Assembly: GCA_965153355.1 (NCBI GenBank)
Contig: OZ231126.1
Span: forward strand, 11,718,001-11,782,000
From: Flaccisagitta enflata
Taxonomy: Eukaryota
DNA length: 64,000 bases
Direction: 5' to 3'
The notes under the pieces are model-generated. The model did no database searches and was not told the origin of the DNA. It saw only the letters and a list, made by a program, of their open reading frames with translations. Positions 25,324 to 50,455 of this stretch are shown piece by piece (the first letter of the stretch is position 1; the number at the start of each line of letters is the position of its first letter). The position numbers and the translations under genes are program-made.

Positions 25324-25752
25324 CACTCTTTTTCTTTTATAAGAACGTCATTTTTCTTTTTGAAGGCTTCATGTTCTTATTTTCAAGGCCAAATGAAGCC
25401 TTCAACGTTCTTAGAGTGTTCTTAATTTCAAATACTATATAAACTATAGGAAACCTTATAATATACTGTTAATCAATTACACTAAACACATTTCTCTTAA
25501 ATACTGTTATAAAAACCGCCAATTATTAAAGTCTGGGAATATTTTCATGATGTTTATTTAAAAATGATAAGATATCATCTTAATTACGCTAAAATTCAAG
25601 TGTTTTCTTAATGTTCTTCAAATAATATTGTAAGCGGAATTTTTTTCTCAAGATTTGAAGCCTTCAAATGTTCTTAAAATGTTCTTTATTTTGAGGCCAT
25701 TTGAAGCCTTGATGTTCTTTTAAACTAGGTTCTTATAAAAAAAAAAATAGCG
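25324..25752. mobile_element. TA-flanked MITE just upstream of the NTPDase start
   Basis: TA|CACTCTTTTTCTTTTATAAGAAC...GTTCTTATAAAAAAAAAAATAGCG|TA; internal repeated tgaagcctt/tgttctt motifs. Confidence 0.65.
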
Positions 25753-25762
25753 TACTAAAAAG

Positions 25763-25825
<63 letters not shown>

Positions 25826-25966
25826 ACTCTCACTCTCTCTCTCTCTCTCTCCGTGTTCATCCCCGGCACTTTCGCTTGGATTCAAGATCAAGACAATTTT
25901 TCGCCCGCATCTTCAACAAGAGAAATCTATCATTTCCGCTTTATTCAAATCAGATTCAAATTGACA

Positions 25967-36938
<10,972 letters not shown>

Positions 36939-37410
36939 CCAGTTAGCATGCTTAGCTTGCTCAGATCATACCTCTGCCTTAAAAGACACCAGACTCACTT
37001 ATACTATCTAGGAAGTAAGTATATCTACTTCTGAAAATAAGCAACAACTTTGAAAAAATAATTATTCCTGAAAAACATGAAGCTGTGGAGCAAAGCTTAA
37101 ATGTATTAGGAATAGTATAAATAATTCTTTAGAATAGATTTAATCTGAGCAGGATTTATGGAATGTTGATGCTTCTTTTCAGGTGAAGATATACTAATCA
37201 CCCAGAAAATAGCTCTGAATACCCTCGATGGCTTACCTGAAACCATCTTTTTAGGTGCGCCATAGCACCTCTATGAGAGGCTCTGTCTGTTGGTCGGTTG
37301 GTTGGTCGGCTGGTTGGTCGGTTGGTCGGTTGGTCTGTAACGCTCGAGTTGAAAATCTCGAAAAAGAAGCAAAAATCACTGGAAATGATTCAGAAATATG
37401 CTAGGATGAT

Positions 37411-37997
37411 TTTTAGATGCGCCATAGCATCTCTATAAGAAGCTTTGTCCGTCCGTCCGTCCATCCATCACGCTCGAATGAAAAATCGCTAAAAATGTTT
37501 GAAATCAATAGAAAACTCATTTCGTTCATCATAAATGATACTCGTCATTTCATTCACTAATATAATCAGCTACGGTTAGGTCTTATAGAGCTGGGGATAG
37601 GTCCAATAGGTCTGGTGATAGGTCGGATAGGTCTTAGGATAGGTCTGATATAGCTGGAGATAGGTCTGATATAGCTGGGGATAGGTCTGATAGAGCTGGT
37701 GATAAGTCTGATAGAGCTCGGGATAGGTCTGATAGAACTCGGGAAAGGTCTGATAGAGCTCGGGAGAGTCCTGATAGAGCTCGGGATAGGTCTGATAGAG
37801 CTAGGAATAGTCTGATAGAGCTAGGGATAGGTCTGATGGAGCTAGGGATAGCTGTGGATTAATAACGCCCGGCGGGATAGGTCTGATAGAGCTAGGAATG
37901 GTCTGATAGAGCTAGGGATAGGTCTGATTGAGCTAGGGATAGCTATGAATTAATAACGCTCGGCGCACCGTCTTGGCCCGTGTATCCGGCCTTGTTT
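37411..37997 (+). mobile_element. HINE-like element, family 4
   Basis: ttttAGATGCGCCATAGCATCT...21-bp gagctcgggataggtctgata array...GGCGCACC...GGCCcgtgtatccGGCCttgtt. Confidence 0.72.
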
Positions 37998-38297
37998 TCA
38001 TGCTATGTCCCAACCCAACTATAACTTCAAAACTTACTCCCAAACCCATTGGTCCATGTTTAGACCCTGGACCTACGGCACAGAATTTATCCCTACCTTC
38101 AGTATCGCCTCCTCGATCTTCCTACACGCTTGCTTCTTTTTCTTTCTTTTCCATGTTAGGATCCAACTCACAACCTCTTTACCATACCAAACACTATGTA
38201 TACATAAGCCCACTCACACTTTTATCATATTTCTTTCGAAACCGCTTAAAAAAACTTGGTTGTATCGTAGTTACACAAGTTCTATTTATTGATGATA

Positions 38298-41200
38298 CAG
38301 TACCGGAATCAAAGAACTGGTGATAAGGAGGGAAGCCATATCTCTCCAATTACAAGGATATGAGATCTGAAATTTTTCTGTGGTGTGCACCTATAGTACC
38401 CCCACCCCCCGTAAGGGTTTGGAGCTGTTCCGGGCATTTTTTGTTTTTGGTTGTCAAAAATTTTTTATTTCTTAAAATCACTATTGTAGGCCAAAAAATT
38501 CGTTTCAAAATTTTATTTTTATGTTACATGTAGTCAATACGCAGAGCTACAAATTTCATTTTTTGAAAAATATTTTTGGCCAATTTTTAAGGGAATGGCA
38601 CTAAAAAAACAAAAATTTCAAAAAAATGAAAAATTGCTATATTTTCTAAAATAATTGGCTTAGCATAATAATTTTTGGCATGGAAGTAGTCCTGAGAACC
38701 TTTCATGTGTATGCAAAATTTCAACTCCCATACTTGAATTTTAAAGAAGTTATAAGATTTTGAAATTTTGATAATTTTTGGTAAAAAACATTTTTTCTTA
38801 TAAAATTTTTTTTTGTGAACCATTTTTTATGAAATTTCATAGACAAACAAAGTAATTGATATTTTTTTGCTTCCAAAAAAAATTTGGGCACTGCGACCCC
38901 TTAAAAAAATTTTTTTTTCTTAAAAATTGCCAAAATTGGCTATTTTTCTAGGTTGAATAAAAACTGTTCCTGTTATCCGATCAACTTCATTTTTGGAGGG
39001 ATTATCAACCTACATCTGCAGTAACTATGTTTCAAATTTCAAGTAAATCGGATATTTCGTTCCAGAGATATTCAAGTTCAAAGTGGAAAGGGCGAGCTAA
39101 AATCAATGTTTCTGTGGTATTTAAATGATAAGTCTTTATTGACGGTTAGCTACAAGTGTCTCAAAAAGGTAATGTTTAATCAATATGTTGCGAAAATTGT
39201 TGCAAATAGGTGTGGAATATGTCCCTGCAGCATAACCAACCAAAATTTTTGGATTTCACAGTCTCTAAATAAATAGGCACCAAAAAAACTGCAAAAAATG
39301 CCGTTTTTGGCATTTTTTGCCACATTTTCAGGGTGTGACGCATATAAAACGACATCCCCATCCCCAAATTTTTTGTGGCATAGTAGTCCATGATAGGACA
39401 GATGTCCCACCAAAAATTTATTCATTTCCGTCACGCTTTGAGCACAAAAATTTTGGTTTAAAATAGCAAAAAATGCAATTTTTTGAATTTTTTAAGCTGT
39501 TTTTGGGGTGTTATGCATATTAAACGACATCCCCATCCCCAAATTTCTTGTGGCATAGTAGTCCATGATAGGACAGATGTCCCACCCAAAATTTATTCAT
39601 TTCCGTCACGCTTTAAGCATAAAAATTTTGGTTAAAAATGGCAAAAAATGTGATTTTTTAAATTTTTTAAGCTGTCTTTGGGGTGTAATGCATATTAAAC
39701 GACATCCCCATCTCCAAATTTTTTGTGGCGTAGTAGTCCATGATAGGACAGATGTCCCCATAAAAATTTGTTCATTTCCGTCAGGCTTTAAGCATAAACA
39801 TTTTGGTTAAAAATGGCAAAAAATGCGATTTTTTGTATTTTTTAAGCTGTTTTTGGGGTGTTATGCATATTAAACGACATCCCCATCCCCAAATTTCTTG
39901 TGGTATAGTAGTCCATGATAGGACAGATGTCCCACTCAAAATTTATTCATTTCCGTCACGCTTTAAGCATAAAAATTTTGGTTAAAAATGGCAAAAAATG
40001 TGATTTTTTTAATTTTTTAAGCTGTTTTTGGGGTGTAATGCACATTAAACGACATCCCCATCTCCAAATTTTTTGTGGCGTAGTAGTCCATGATAGGACA
40101 GATGTCCCCCAAAAAATTTGTTCATTTCCGTCACGCTTTAAGCATAAACATTTTGGATAAAAATGGCAAAAAATGCGATTTTTTTTATTTTGTAAGCTGT
40201 TTTTGGGGTGTAATGCATATTAAACGACATCCCCATCTCCAAACTTTTGTGCCATAGTAGTCCATGATAGGACAGATGTCCCCCAAAAAATTTATTCATT
40301 TCCGTCACGCTTTAAGCAAAAAAAATTTGGGAATGGGGATGTCGTTTAATATGCATTCACCCCAAAAACAGTTTAAGAAATTCAAAAAATCGCATTTTTT
40401 GACATTTCAAACCAAAATTTTTGTGCTTAAAGCGTGACGGAAATGAATAAATTTTTGGGGGGACATCTGTCCTATCATGGACTACTATGCCACAAAAAGT
40501 TTGGGGATGGGGATGTCGTTTAATATGCATAACGCCCCAAAAACAGCTTAAATAATTCAAAAAATCACATTTTTTGCCATTTTTAACCAAAATTTTTGTG
40601 CTTAAAGCATGACAGAAATGAATAAATTTTTGGGGGGACATCTGTCCTATCATGGACTAGTATGCCACAAAAGATTTGGGGATAGGGATGTCGTTTAATA
40701 TACATTACACCCCAAGAACAGCTCAAAAAATTCAAAAGAATGTTTTTTTGCCATTTTAAACCAAAATTTTTGTGCTTAAAACGTGACGGAAATGAATAAA
40801 TTTTTTGGGGGACATCTGTCCTATCATGGACTACTATGCCACAAAAAGTTTGGGATGGGGGTGTCGTTAAATATGCATTACACCCCAAAAACAGCTTAAA
40901 AAATTCAAAAAATCGCATTTTTTGCCATTTTAAATCAAAATTTTTGTGCTTAAAGCGTGACGGAAATGAATAAATATTTTGAGGGACATCTGTCCTATCA
41001 TGGACTACTATGCCACAAAAAAATTGGGGATGAGGATGTCGTTTAATATGCATTACACCCCAAAAACAGCTTTAAAAATTCAAAAAATAGCATTTTTTGC
41101 TATTTTAAACCAAAATTTTTGTGCTCAAAGCGTGACGGAAATGAATAAATTTTTGGGGGGACATCTGTCCTATCATGGACTACTATGCCACAGAAAAATT

Positions 41201-42274
41201 GGATGGAGATGTCGTTTAATATGCATTACACCCCAAAAATGTGGCAAAAAATGCCAAAAAAAGGCATTTTTGGCGTTTTTTTGGTGCCTTTTTTTAGAGA
41301 TTATAAAGTCCAAAAATTTTGGTTGGTTATGCTGCAGGGACATATTCAACACCTATTTGCAACAATTTTGAAGTGACTTTATTTATATCGATGAAACGTT
41401 ACCTTTTTGAGACACTTGTAGCTAACCGTCAATGAAGACTCATCATTAGAATACCACAGAAACAGTGATTTTAGCTCGCCCTTTCCACTTTGAACTTGAA
41501 TATCTCCGGAACGAATTATCCGATTTACTTAAAATTTGAAACATAGTTACTGCAGATGTAGGTTGATAATCCCTCCAAAAATGAAGTTGATCGGATAACA
41601 GGAACAGTTTTTATTCAACCTAGAAAAATAGCCAATTTTGGCAATTTTTGAGAAAAAAATTTTTTTTTTAAGGGGTCGCAGTGCCCAAATTTTTTTTGGA
41701 AGCAAAAAAATATCAATTACTTTGTTTGTCTATGAAATTTCATAAAAAATGGTTCACAAAAAAAAATTTTATAAGAAAAAATGTTTTTTACCAAAAATTA
41801 TCAAAATTTCAAAATCTTATAACTTCTTTAAAATTCAAGTATGGGAGTTGAAATTTTGCATACACATGAAAGGTTCTCAGGACTACTTCCATGCCAAAAA
41901 TTATTATGCTAAGCCAATTATTTTAGAAAATATAGCAATTTTTCATTTTTTTGAAATTTTTGTTTTTTTAGTGCCATTCCCTTAAAAATTGGCCAAAAAT
42001 ATTTTTCAAAAAATGAAATTTGTAGCTCTGGGTATTGACTGCATGTAGCATAAAAATAAAATTTTGAAACAAATTTTTAGGCCTACAATAGTGATTTTAA
42101 GAAATAAAAAATTTTTGACAACCAAAAACAAAAAATGCCCGGAACAGCTCCAAACCCTTACGGGGGGTGGGGGTACTATAGGTGCACACCACAGAAAAAT
42201 TTCAGATCTCATATCCTTGTAATTGGAGAGATATGGCTTCCCTCCTTATCACCAGTTCTTTGATTCCGGTACTG
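38298..42274. mobile_element. 3977-bp foldback-type non-autonomous DNA transposon with Tc1/mariner-like ends
   Basis: TA|CAGTACCGGAATCAAAG...CTTTGATTCCGGTACTG|TA. The halves are inverted copies (identical ORFs 38587..38823 minus and 41749..41985 plus). Internal 175-bp arrays meet near 40320. Confidence 0.93.
39340..41240. repeat. 175-bp tandem repeats in two opposed arrays inside the foldback element
   Basis: tgataggacagatgtccc at 39391, 39566, 39741, 39916, 40091 and 40265; its reverse complement at about 40471, 40646, 40820, 40994 and 41169. Confidence 0.92.
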
Positions 42275-42483
42275 TATACCAAATTGAGTTTACCCGTTGT
42301 TGATTTGTGCTGGCCGGTTAAGCAAATTTCTGGCCTCTTGGAATGCTGAAATGATCTTTGAAGATCTGCAATGCAGATGCCTTACGTGATCGTCTTTTCA
42401 TTGAATTTTCAATCTGAAAAAAAGAAAAGATAATTTTTTTGTCTTTATATTTGTCAGATGATCTGATGTTATCATGCTTCTTT

Positions 42484-43099
42484 CACTGTGCTTTTAAAAA
42501 GATTCTCAGTGGAAAGTCATATAACTGTGGGTTTTTCTGCATTTTTGAGCAGTATTGGGATGTAAGAGCATGTAACTAGCAAAAATAAAATCATTCCCCG
42601 AGCGCTTTTTGAGTAATCTTCAAAATAGAAAAAAATTAAACCTATTTGTAATGCAGATTCTAATGAGTTGTATTGGCTCATTTTTTGATTACATATTGTT
42701 ATTCTATACAAAATTTCCTTTCATTTGATAGGTCACACTACATGGTTTTATATAGAAATTAGGTTTTCATATTTTGAGCCACCGTTACTTTTTTGTAACG
42801 GTGACTGAAAAAATGAAAGTTTTAATTCTTTGCAAAAGTATAGAGTGCGACCTATCAAATGAAAGGGAATTTTGCATAGATTAACAATATAGAATCAGAA
42901 ATTCAGTCAACGCATCCCAGAAGAATCTGCATTGAAATTAGGTTTATTTTTTTCTGATTTTGAAGGTTACTCAAAAAGCGCTCAGGGAACAATTTTGTTT
43001 TTGCTAGTTACCTGCTCTTACACCCCAATACTGCTCAAAAACGCAGAAAAACCCACAGTTATATGACTTTTCACTCAGAATTGTTTTAAAAGCACAGTG
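42484..43099. mobile_element. 616-bp palindromic MITE with CACTGTG...CACAGTG ends and a 4-bp TSD (Chapaev/Transib-like)
   Basis: cttt|CACTGTGCTTTTAAAA...TTTTAAAAGCACAGTG|cttt; the arms are inverted copies centred near 42790. Confidence 0.85.
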
Positions 43100-45530
43100 C
43101 TTTTAGAATGCATTTTTCCACCAAATTCAAAAAATCGTCATGACACTTATGCTTCATCGCCAAAGACATTTACTTTTACGTATTAAATCCTGTTGTGCCT
43201 GACTTGATTTCTTTGTTGTTTTCTTTTATCAAAAAAAAAAAAAACTGTAAACAAAGACAGGTTGTAAGCCCAAAACGTTTGGGTGAGAAAATGTAAATAA
43301 AGTTAGTGTATCTACCTGAACTTGGTGAAGGCAAAGCGTGCGCCGTGTGGCCTTTTTACCCATCAGCAAACTGACGAAATAGACAGTGAGATTAGTAGCG
43401 GCCTAGCGGGCATGCGGAATATATATATATATAGTTTTTAGTCGCGGACACGCGACTCTACGCTTTGCCGTGTCGGTCCGTCCGTCCTTACGTCACCTTG
43501 TTGAATTGCTGGCGTTTTTTGCATAATTGCCCCTGCCCAACCGCGACGTGACGCGACGCTGCTGCCGTGTATCCGGCCTCGTTACTTAGAGGAAGACGAC
43601 TATCGATCGTTGCTTTATTACATATTTACACTCATTGAATCCCGCAATAACGGAAGAAAAGAGACCAACAAATTTGGTCTGTTATCGGCGGACTTCCACT
43701 ATTAGGTTAATGTCATGGAAAAGGGTCCGTGGACGGAGTGAAATCCATCAATTTTAAAATGTTGAAAATTGATCAAAACCATACATCACCATGTAGCTAG
43801 CCTTATATAATGTATGAATTGATACTTGGATTTTCTTATGTGAGCTCATTTTTCATACAAATTAGGCCTAATTACACATTTTTTTGCAAACGAACTTATA
43901 ATAAAATTAGTTGAATACAATGAAGAAATCAATATGAAAGTCAAATTCTTGATGAATATGTTCAAGCAATCATGTGTGATCATGTTTCTGAATTTTTCAA
44001 AAAAATTTTGAGTTTTTTGGAAAAAATCTCTATAAGTACCATTTCTGGCTGGGTGGGTTGTTGGAGGAAAAAATTTTTTTGCCAAGCTCTGTTTCGTGCC
44101 AGTGACGAGGCACCTTTAACGGAAGCTTCATGCAAAATTTCAACCAGATCGGACAATTATTTCAAAAGTTATGACGTTTTTTCAATTTTTTTTCTGGTAG
44201 GTTGGTTGGTCTGTCTGGACTCCTCGGCATTCTTTAAGACACACCAGAATATGGGTGAAGAACCCTCTTGATCTAGGTAACAACCATGCAAAATTGCGTT
44301 GGGCTAGCTCAAATAGTTTTTGGGATAAGCCAATTTGAATTTTAAGAAATTTTACTAAATTGAGGCATAAAAGCATCGCGCCTTTGTGTGAGAAGCGCTG
44401 TGTGGAAACAAAGAATTAACTATGAGGCTTCGTCGGCGAGCGTTACAATTCACTCCCTATTTCAGTACTGATCAACTTTGTAATTTCATTGTGACCAAAC
44501 GAATCAGAGTTAAGACTTGAAATCTTAGGTGAAGGTACAGAATTTCACCATCTTTCTCATCATGTAGATGAATTTTCCGTTAATCATGTTACTATGCCTT
44601 GACAGAGTATGAATCATAGTGTGACACAAGTGTGACACCACCAACAAGGAGCACCTTTGAATTGTAACACTCTAGGAAAATGTTGATTTCTCCAAAATGA
44701 AATGGAAAAAATCCTTGAAATTTGGAGGAAATGTCGTTCAACTAGTTGTTAATGCAATGACAAAAGAAAAAATGGTTAATGTTTGAACAATCATAGGCTT
44801 ACAAAAAAAAATGTCGGCTTATCTCATTTTGAGAAAATAATGACAGAAAAATGAAGGGGAAGAGTATTAGAATTTGTAGTCATTTTTTTTCGTCCTACAG
44901 TTGAGTTATTGAGTCCAAATTTTTTGCACATATCAATGGATGGATAGAGATAGCTTACAAGCTATGGGATAACTCTGCTTGACATTTTTTGATTGCTTAA
45001 ACAAGCTTTTTGCTTACAGGGACAAAATCGGGACAGGCCAAAAAAGGCCCTTCTACCCCTGTTTTGGACCCCATAGGGGCAGTTGGAGGAGCAAAAATTG
45101 GTTTGGCATGGCGCACCAGGTAGTTAGGTATGTAACCCAACCTTTGTGACCTTATTTAATACAGCAGCAGAAGCGATGACACTTCTACAATGGTGGAGAG
45201 TCAGGGTTTCTTGGGCGGACCCCGATGCGCGGAATTAACCATTAATGAATGCTAAATGGCAATAAAAGTAATAACCAGTAACCCCAGGATTGTACTTGGT
45301 CAGCAGCATCCAACGGACACTCTCCGTTGACCTGCTTGGAGTGGTTAGCTAAGGACTTTAGATCAAAGCAAAGCAGGGCCCCAAAGGGCCTATGTCCTGT
45401 GGTTGTAGTACACGGGGGGGGGGGGACTTCTTGGTCAGCTAAGAATATCACCTACAACTGATGAAATCTGTTTGTCCCCTAAAGTCCGTTCGAGCGGAAT
45501 TTAACTATCATCAATTCATCATCAAAACTG

Positions 45531-47158
45531 TATGAAAAGTGGAACAATTTCCCTCACTATACCCAAACTGAAATAAATGGAAGAGGGCCTTGTGAAGTGA
45601 ACCCTCACTGACTAGTTAATACGCGCACCACTTCCATACTAGAATTCAAATATCGCCGCGATTCCTACTTTCGATTTTGTCTCCATAACAACTTCATATG
45701 CTTAATTATAAGAAATCTATTTGCTTAAACATTGAAGACCCATGAAAAAGTGAAGGGGGAAGTTGTTAACTTGTTGTCCCTTTCATGATAAATCGTTTTT
45801 GACTTTCCGCTTTAGCTTAAGAAAAAAAAATCAAAACATTAACTTATTCTGAAATACCCCCTTTTAGGCTCTCTCAGCGGCACTCATTTTTACACATGTA
45901 GTTTTCCATAAGACAGAATCTGAACAAGGCCAAGTAGGCCAATAAGGTGCGACGTGTGGATCGTCGAACGAATGCGTTACCCCACAGACCAACAGACCGA
46001 CCGACAGACCGACGGACACAGCCAGTTATAGAGGTGCTTTGTCGCACCTAAAAACGCTCCCTCTCAATTCAACCCATACGCAAAGTGCTAACCAAAAGTG
46101 GTGTGTATGAAGTGATATAACGGTTCACGCGACGGTCGCGACTGTTGCCCCGTTTAGAAGAACAAATCCCAGTCATCGTGGTTGTCAAGATTGAAAGGTT
46201 GATTCGGCACTATTTTCACATTTATTAAAGCTGGGTTTTGAACAAGGCCGTATACACGGCAACATCAGTCGCGGACGGGTGGGCAGGAGCGGAAAACCTC
46301 AAAAAAGAACTTTGTGACCGACCGACGGACCGACGGACCGACCGACCGAAAAGTGGCTTATGTCACAGTGCAAACGAAGACGAAATTTGACCAGTCAAAG
46401 GGTGATGAAAATGAAGTTTGCATATTCATAAATTTTTTTTTACCACTCTATAAAATAGTCTATGGGGTGTTAAAAAATAAAAAATCAATGCAAAATCTTT
46501 TTTCGGTTTAGCTCTATATCAAAAAAAGTAATTTGAAAAAATTCTTAAATTAAGGCTAACTTCAAATGCAATTTTTGGTGTTTTAAGCGCTCTCATTTTG
46601 ATGAAATTTGACATGCAGGTAGTACTTGATGTGAAGTACCACCAGTTAAGATTTTGGCCAAATTGGCCTACTCTAAGGGGGGTAACAACAGCATTTTTCA
46701 TTAATATTATTAAAGAAACATATTTTTTTCTTAATTTAGGTACCTGAAAATTATCACATATTAATTTTTTTTCTATACAACTTATTTAGGGTCCATTTGA
46801 TGTGCATGCCAAGTGTCAGGGCTATAAATCAATTTTTAAAAAGCTTGTAAAGTGAAAAAGAGTTTAAAGTTAGCAAATTTTGCAATTTTTGATTGACAGC
46901 CCTTAAATAGATTGTTATAAGACACCCAAAAATGCCTCCCAGGGTCATGAACATTTTACAGGCATCACTAACAGACCCCTTAAGAAATTTTTGCCTATGG
47001 TTTTTAGGTCCCTGCGATGCCATATTAAAATATACAAAATTATGTTCTATGGAAAACTAGGAGTGATGCGCGTAGTAACTAGTCAGTGAGGGCTCACATG
47101 GCTCTCTTCCATTTATTTCAGTTTGGGTATAGTGAGGGATGTTGTTCCACCTATCATA
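45531..47158. mobile_element. DNA transposon remnant with ~110-bp TIRs and nested HINE-like copies
   Basis: gtggaacaa...ccctcactatacccaaactgaaataaatggaagag...ccctcactgactagtta at 45531-45640, inverted at 47060-47158. A related end is at ~12331-12395. Confidence 0.7.
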
Positions 47159-47826
47159 GCATGGGGATATGAATTCTAAGACCTTCGCCGTTTTCCTTTA
47201 TAGTCGCAGACACGCAACTCTATAAGAGGCTTGGTCTGTTTGACCGTCCGTCCGTTGGTCCGTCCGTCAGCATGAGTCGAAAAGTGGAAAAACGCGCATA
47301 TCCGCCCCTGCCCACCCGTCCGCAACTGGTGGCTGTGTATCAGGCCATGTTCCTATTTTCATTTATCATCCGTTTTGTTTCGCGAAAAACATTTCCAGCG
47401 TCATGCAAATTAGGATAAGAGGCAACATTTCTGTTTGTCTATCTAGTGGTCTCTCTGTCCGTTTTTCTTTCAAAGTATGCACAAATGTCGATAATTGTAC
47501 ATTTTGGTAACGTTCTGGGCCCCCGCTATTCATTTGTAATGTACTACGAAGCAGGATCTTGACTAGGATTACCTCAACTTTCATTTGATCCCCATTCACT
47601 CAGATTCACCATCCTCATCTGGCGTAAGTGTTAACAGAAGCTAGATCGAAACACTACACTGCTATGTCAGTCCGACTGTCTCCCTCTGTCTGTCTCCTAT
47701 TGTTTATCTCCTTTGTCTATCTCCGTCAGTTTGTCAGTCTTTTTTTTCTGTCAGCCTGTCTCCGTTTTTTTGTCTGTCGGTATCTCTGCCAGCCTCTATC
47801 TCCTCCTAGCTCTTTTACCGTCTCCA

Positions 47827-47916
<90 letters not shown>

Positions 47917-48098
47917 ACGGGCGCGCGGCAACAAGCTTCTTTTTCTTCTTCTTCCTCTTCTTTCACTTTTTTTTTTGCTTTTTACTTTTTTTATATTTTT
48001 CTCTTCTTCTTTTTCTTCTTTTTGTTAATTTTTTAGTCGCGTGGTACGCGACTCTGAACCCCGCTGTGTCGGTCCATCCGTCGGTCTTCTTCTTTGTC

Positions 48099-48440
<342 letters not shown>

Positions 48441-48565
48441 TTTCTTCAATTTAATTAATAGGCTTCTTTATCCAAGTCAATGAAAACAATTTTGCGTTTC
48501 ACCAATTTTTTCCTTGATTTCCTGTTTGGTCCTTCTTCTTCTTCTTTTTCTTCTTCTTCTTCTTT

Positions 48566-48662
<97 letters not shown>

Positions 48663-50424
48663 TTCTTACCCACGTCTTCTCATCGTTCTTTTCCGAATAG
48701 TCAGGGAGTTTAACGGCAGATTGGTTTGAAAATTTTAATAACAATGATTTTATTGATGAAAATGCTAATTTTGGTCATTTTAGCCCATTTTAGCCTGTTT
48801 TTGGTCTATCATGACCCCGGTATCAATGTCAAAAGTTTTTTTGTCCTAGTTCTGACTGGATATAGTGAGATTTATAAAGGAATTCAACGCATGAATTTTA
48901 ATTTTGACTATTTTAGGCTATTTTAGCCTGTTTTTAGCCTGTTATAGCCTCGATAACAGTTTCCAAAGATATCAACAAGTATATTTGACCTAGTTCTGAC
49001 CTGAATGAGTGAGATTTATAAAAAAATTCCAAATAACTATAATTTTTTTAGATAAAAATGTTAATTGTATCAGTTTTCAAAGTATATCTGACCTAGTTCT
49101 GACTGAATAGAGTGAGATTGGCAAAAGAATTATTGATAACAATGATCAAAGTATATCTGACCTAGTTCTGAATGAATAGAATGAGATTGGCAAAAAAATT
49201 ATTAATAACAATGATCTTCTTGGCCATCTTAGGCTATTTTTGGCCTGTTTTTGGCCAGGTATGACAGCTGGGGAGTAACAAAGGTAGTAGAGCTAATTAC
49301 CTGTATTTTCGTGCTTTCTTCTAGCCGTGCGTTTGCCATGTTAACTTAAGTCAAACATTATAACTGATTGTTTTTTAGAAAGACCATATCAAAAGCTTTA
49401 TTTTGATACCATTTTTGATATGTTTGACCGAATCTGGCTTGGCGTGTTGACCCAGACAGAAAATGATGAGGAAAAATAGTGCAGATGCGGGTCCGGTAAT
49501 TTTACAAAAATCATACCCGAAGTAAATCATGTCAAGGGCTGCTAATGGGTGAATTCATCTCAACTCGGACTCACCCCCTAGAGGGTCAGATTAAGCATCA
49601 AAAGGTGGTGGTAATCAAGCCTAATTACTTTCGGCAGGAACTAGGCCTAATACCCTGCTTTGGACACAAAGTAACTAGAGGTATTGATTCTAATTACTTA
49701 GAAGTAATTAAAGCTAGTGACTTTTTTCACAAACTGATTCTATAGACGGTCTGCTACTCCGCATAAGCTAGGGGTGAGTGTCCAAAGACCTGAATGGTGG
49801 AGAAGTGTTCCATGTCGCTTAGGGAACACAAATCACCCCTCGGTAAATTTTTACTAAAGCAATTTTTTTGTCAAAATCACTTCCTCAACGGAAATGAAAA
49901 TGACAGTAACGCCACAATGCTTGGATTGGGCTCATTCGACGACATTTTTTAAGTAGTTTCTCTGTGTAAAATTTCATCTCAATCGGTCAAATGGTTGCCG
50001 AGAAAATTGAATTTGCATTTCAAAAATGGCAAAACAATTGTATTCTTTTTTCATGGAAATTTCGATATATCTTCAACCGTTCCATGCGACGAAAAATTTA
50101 GTGATGGGTGGACGGACAGACAGACTGCAACTGACCGACAGGGCAGTTTACCAGAAAGTGGCTCAAAAAAGCTGCTGTATACATGCGACTAAAAACACAG
50201 TGGCATTGACGCAGACATGTCGATTACTAAGCTGAGTATCTTTACCACAGATATGTGCTCTCTCAGTGCTCTGTTCCTGTAAATGTAAATCACAGTGTAA
50301 TGTAGCTTGCGAGAGCGATAGCGATAGTCAGACAGATAGACAGACAGACCGACCGACCGATAGATTGAAACAGACAAATACAGCAGAGCAGACTGGCACA
50401 GACGGAAAAAAAGAATGACGGGGA

Positions 50425-50455
<31 letters not shown>

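Noticed and set aside
25853..25966. N-terminal extension of NTPDase exon 1 in the ORF track
   Set aside because: The track starts at a GTG next to the (CT)n tract; the first in-frame ATG is 25967, which also matches the paralogue's N-terminal length.
38587..41985. Duplicated ORFs (MVHKKKFY..., MIGQMS..., MHIKRHPH...)
   Set aside because: By-products of the inverted arms and 175-bp arrays; no transposase or other domain motifs.
43245..43410. Possible Penelope-type end or hammerhead ribozyme (cccaaaacgtttggg...aataaa; ctgacga)
   Set aside because: I could not assemble a CUGANGA...GAAA core with flanking stems; too degenerate to call.
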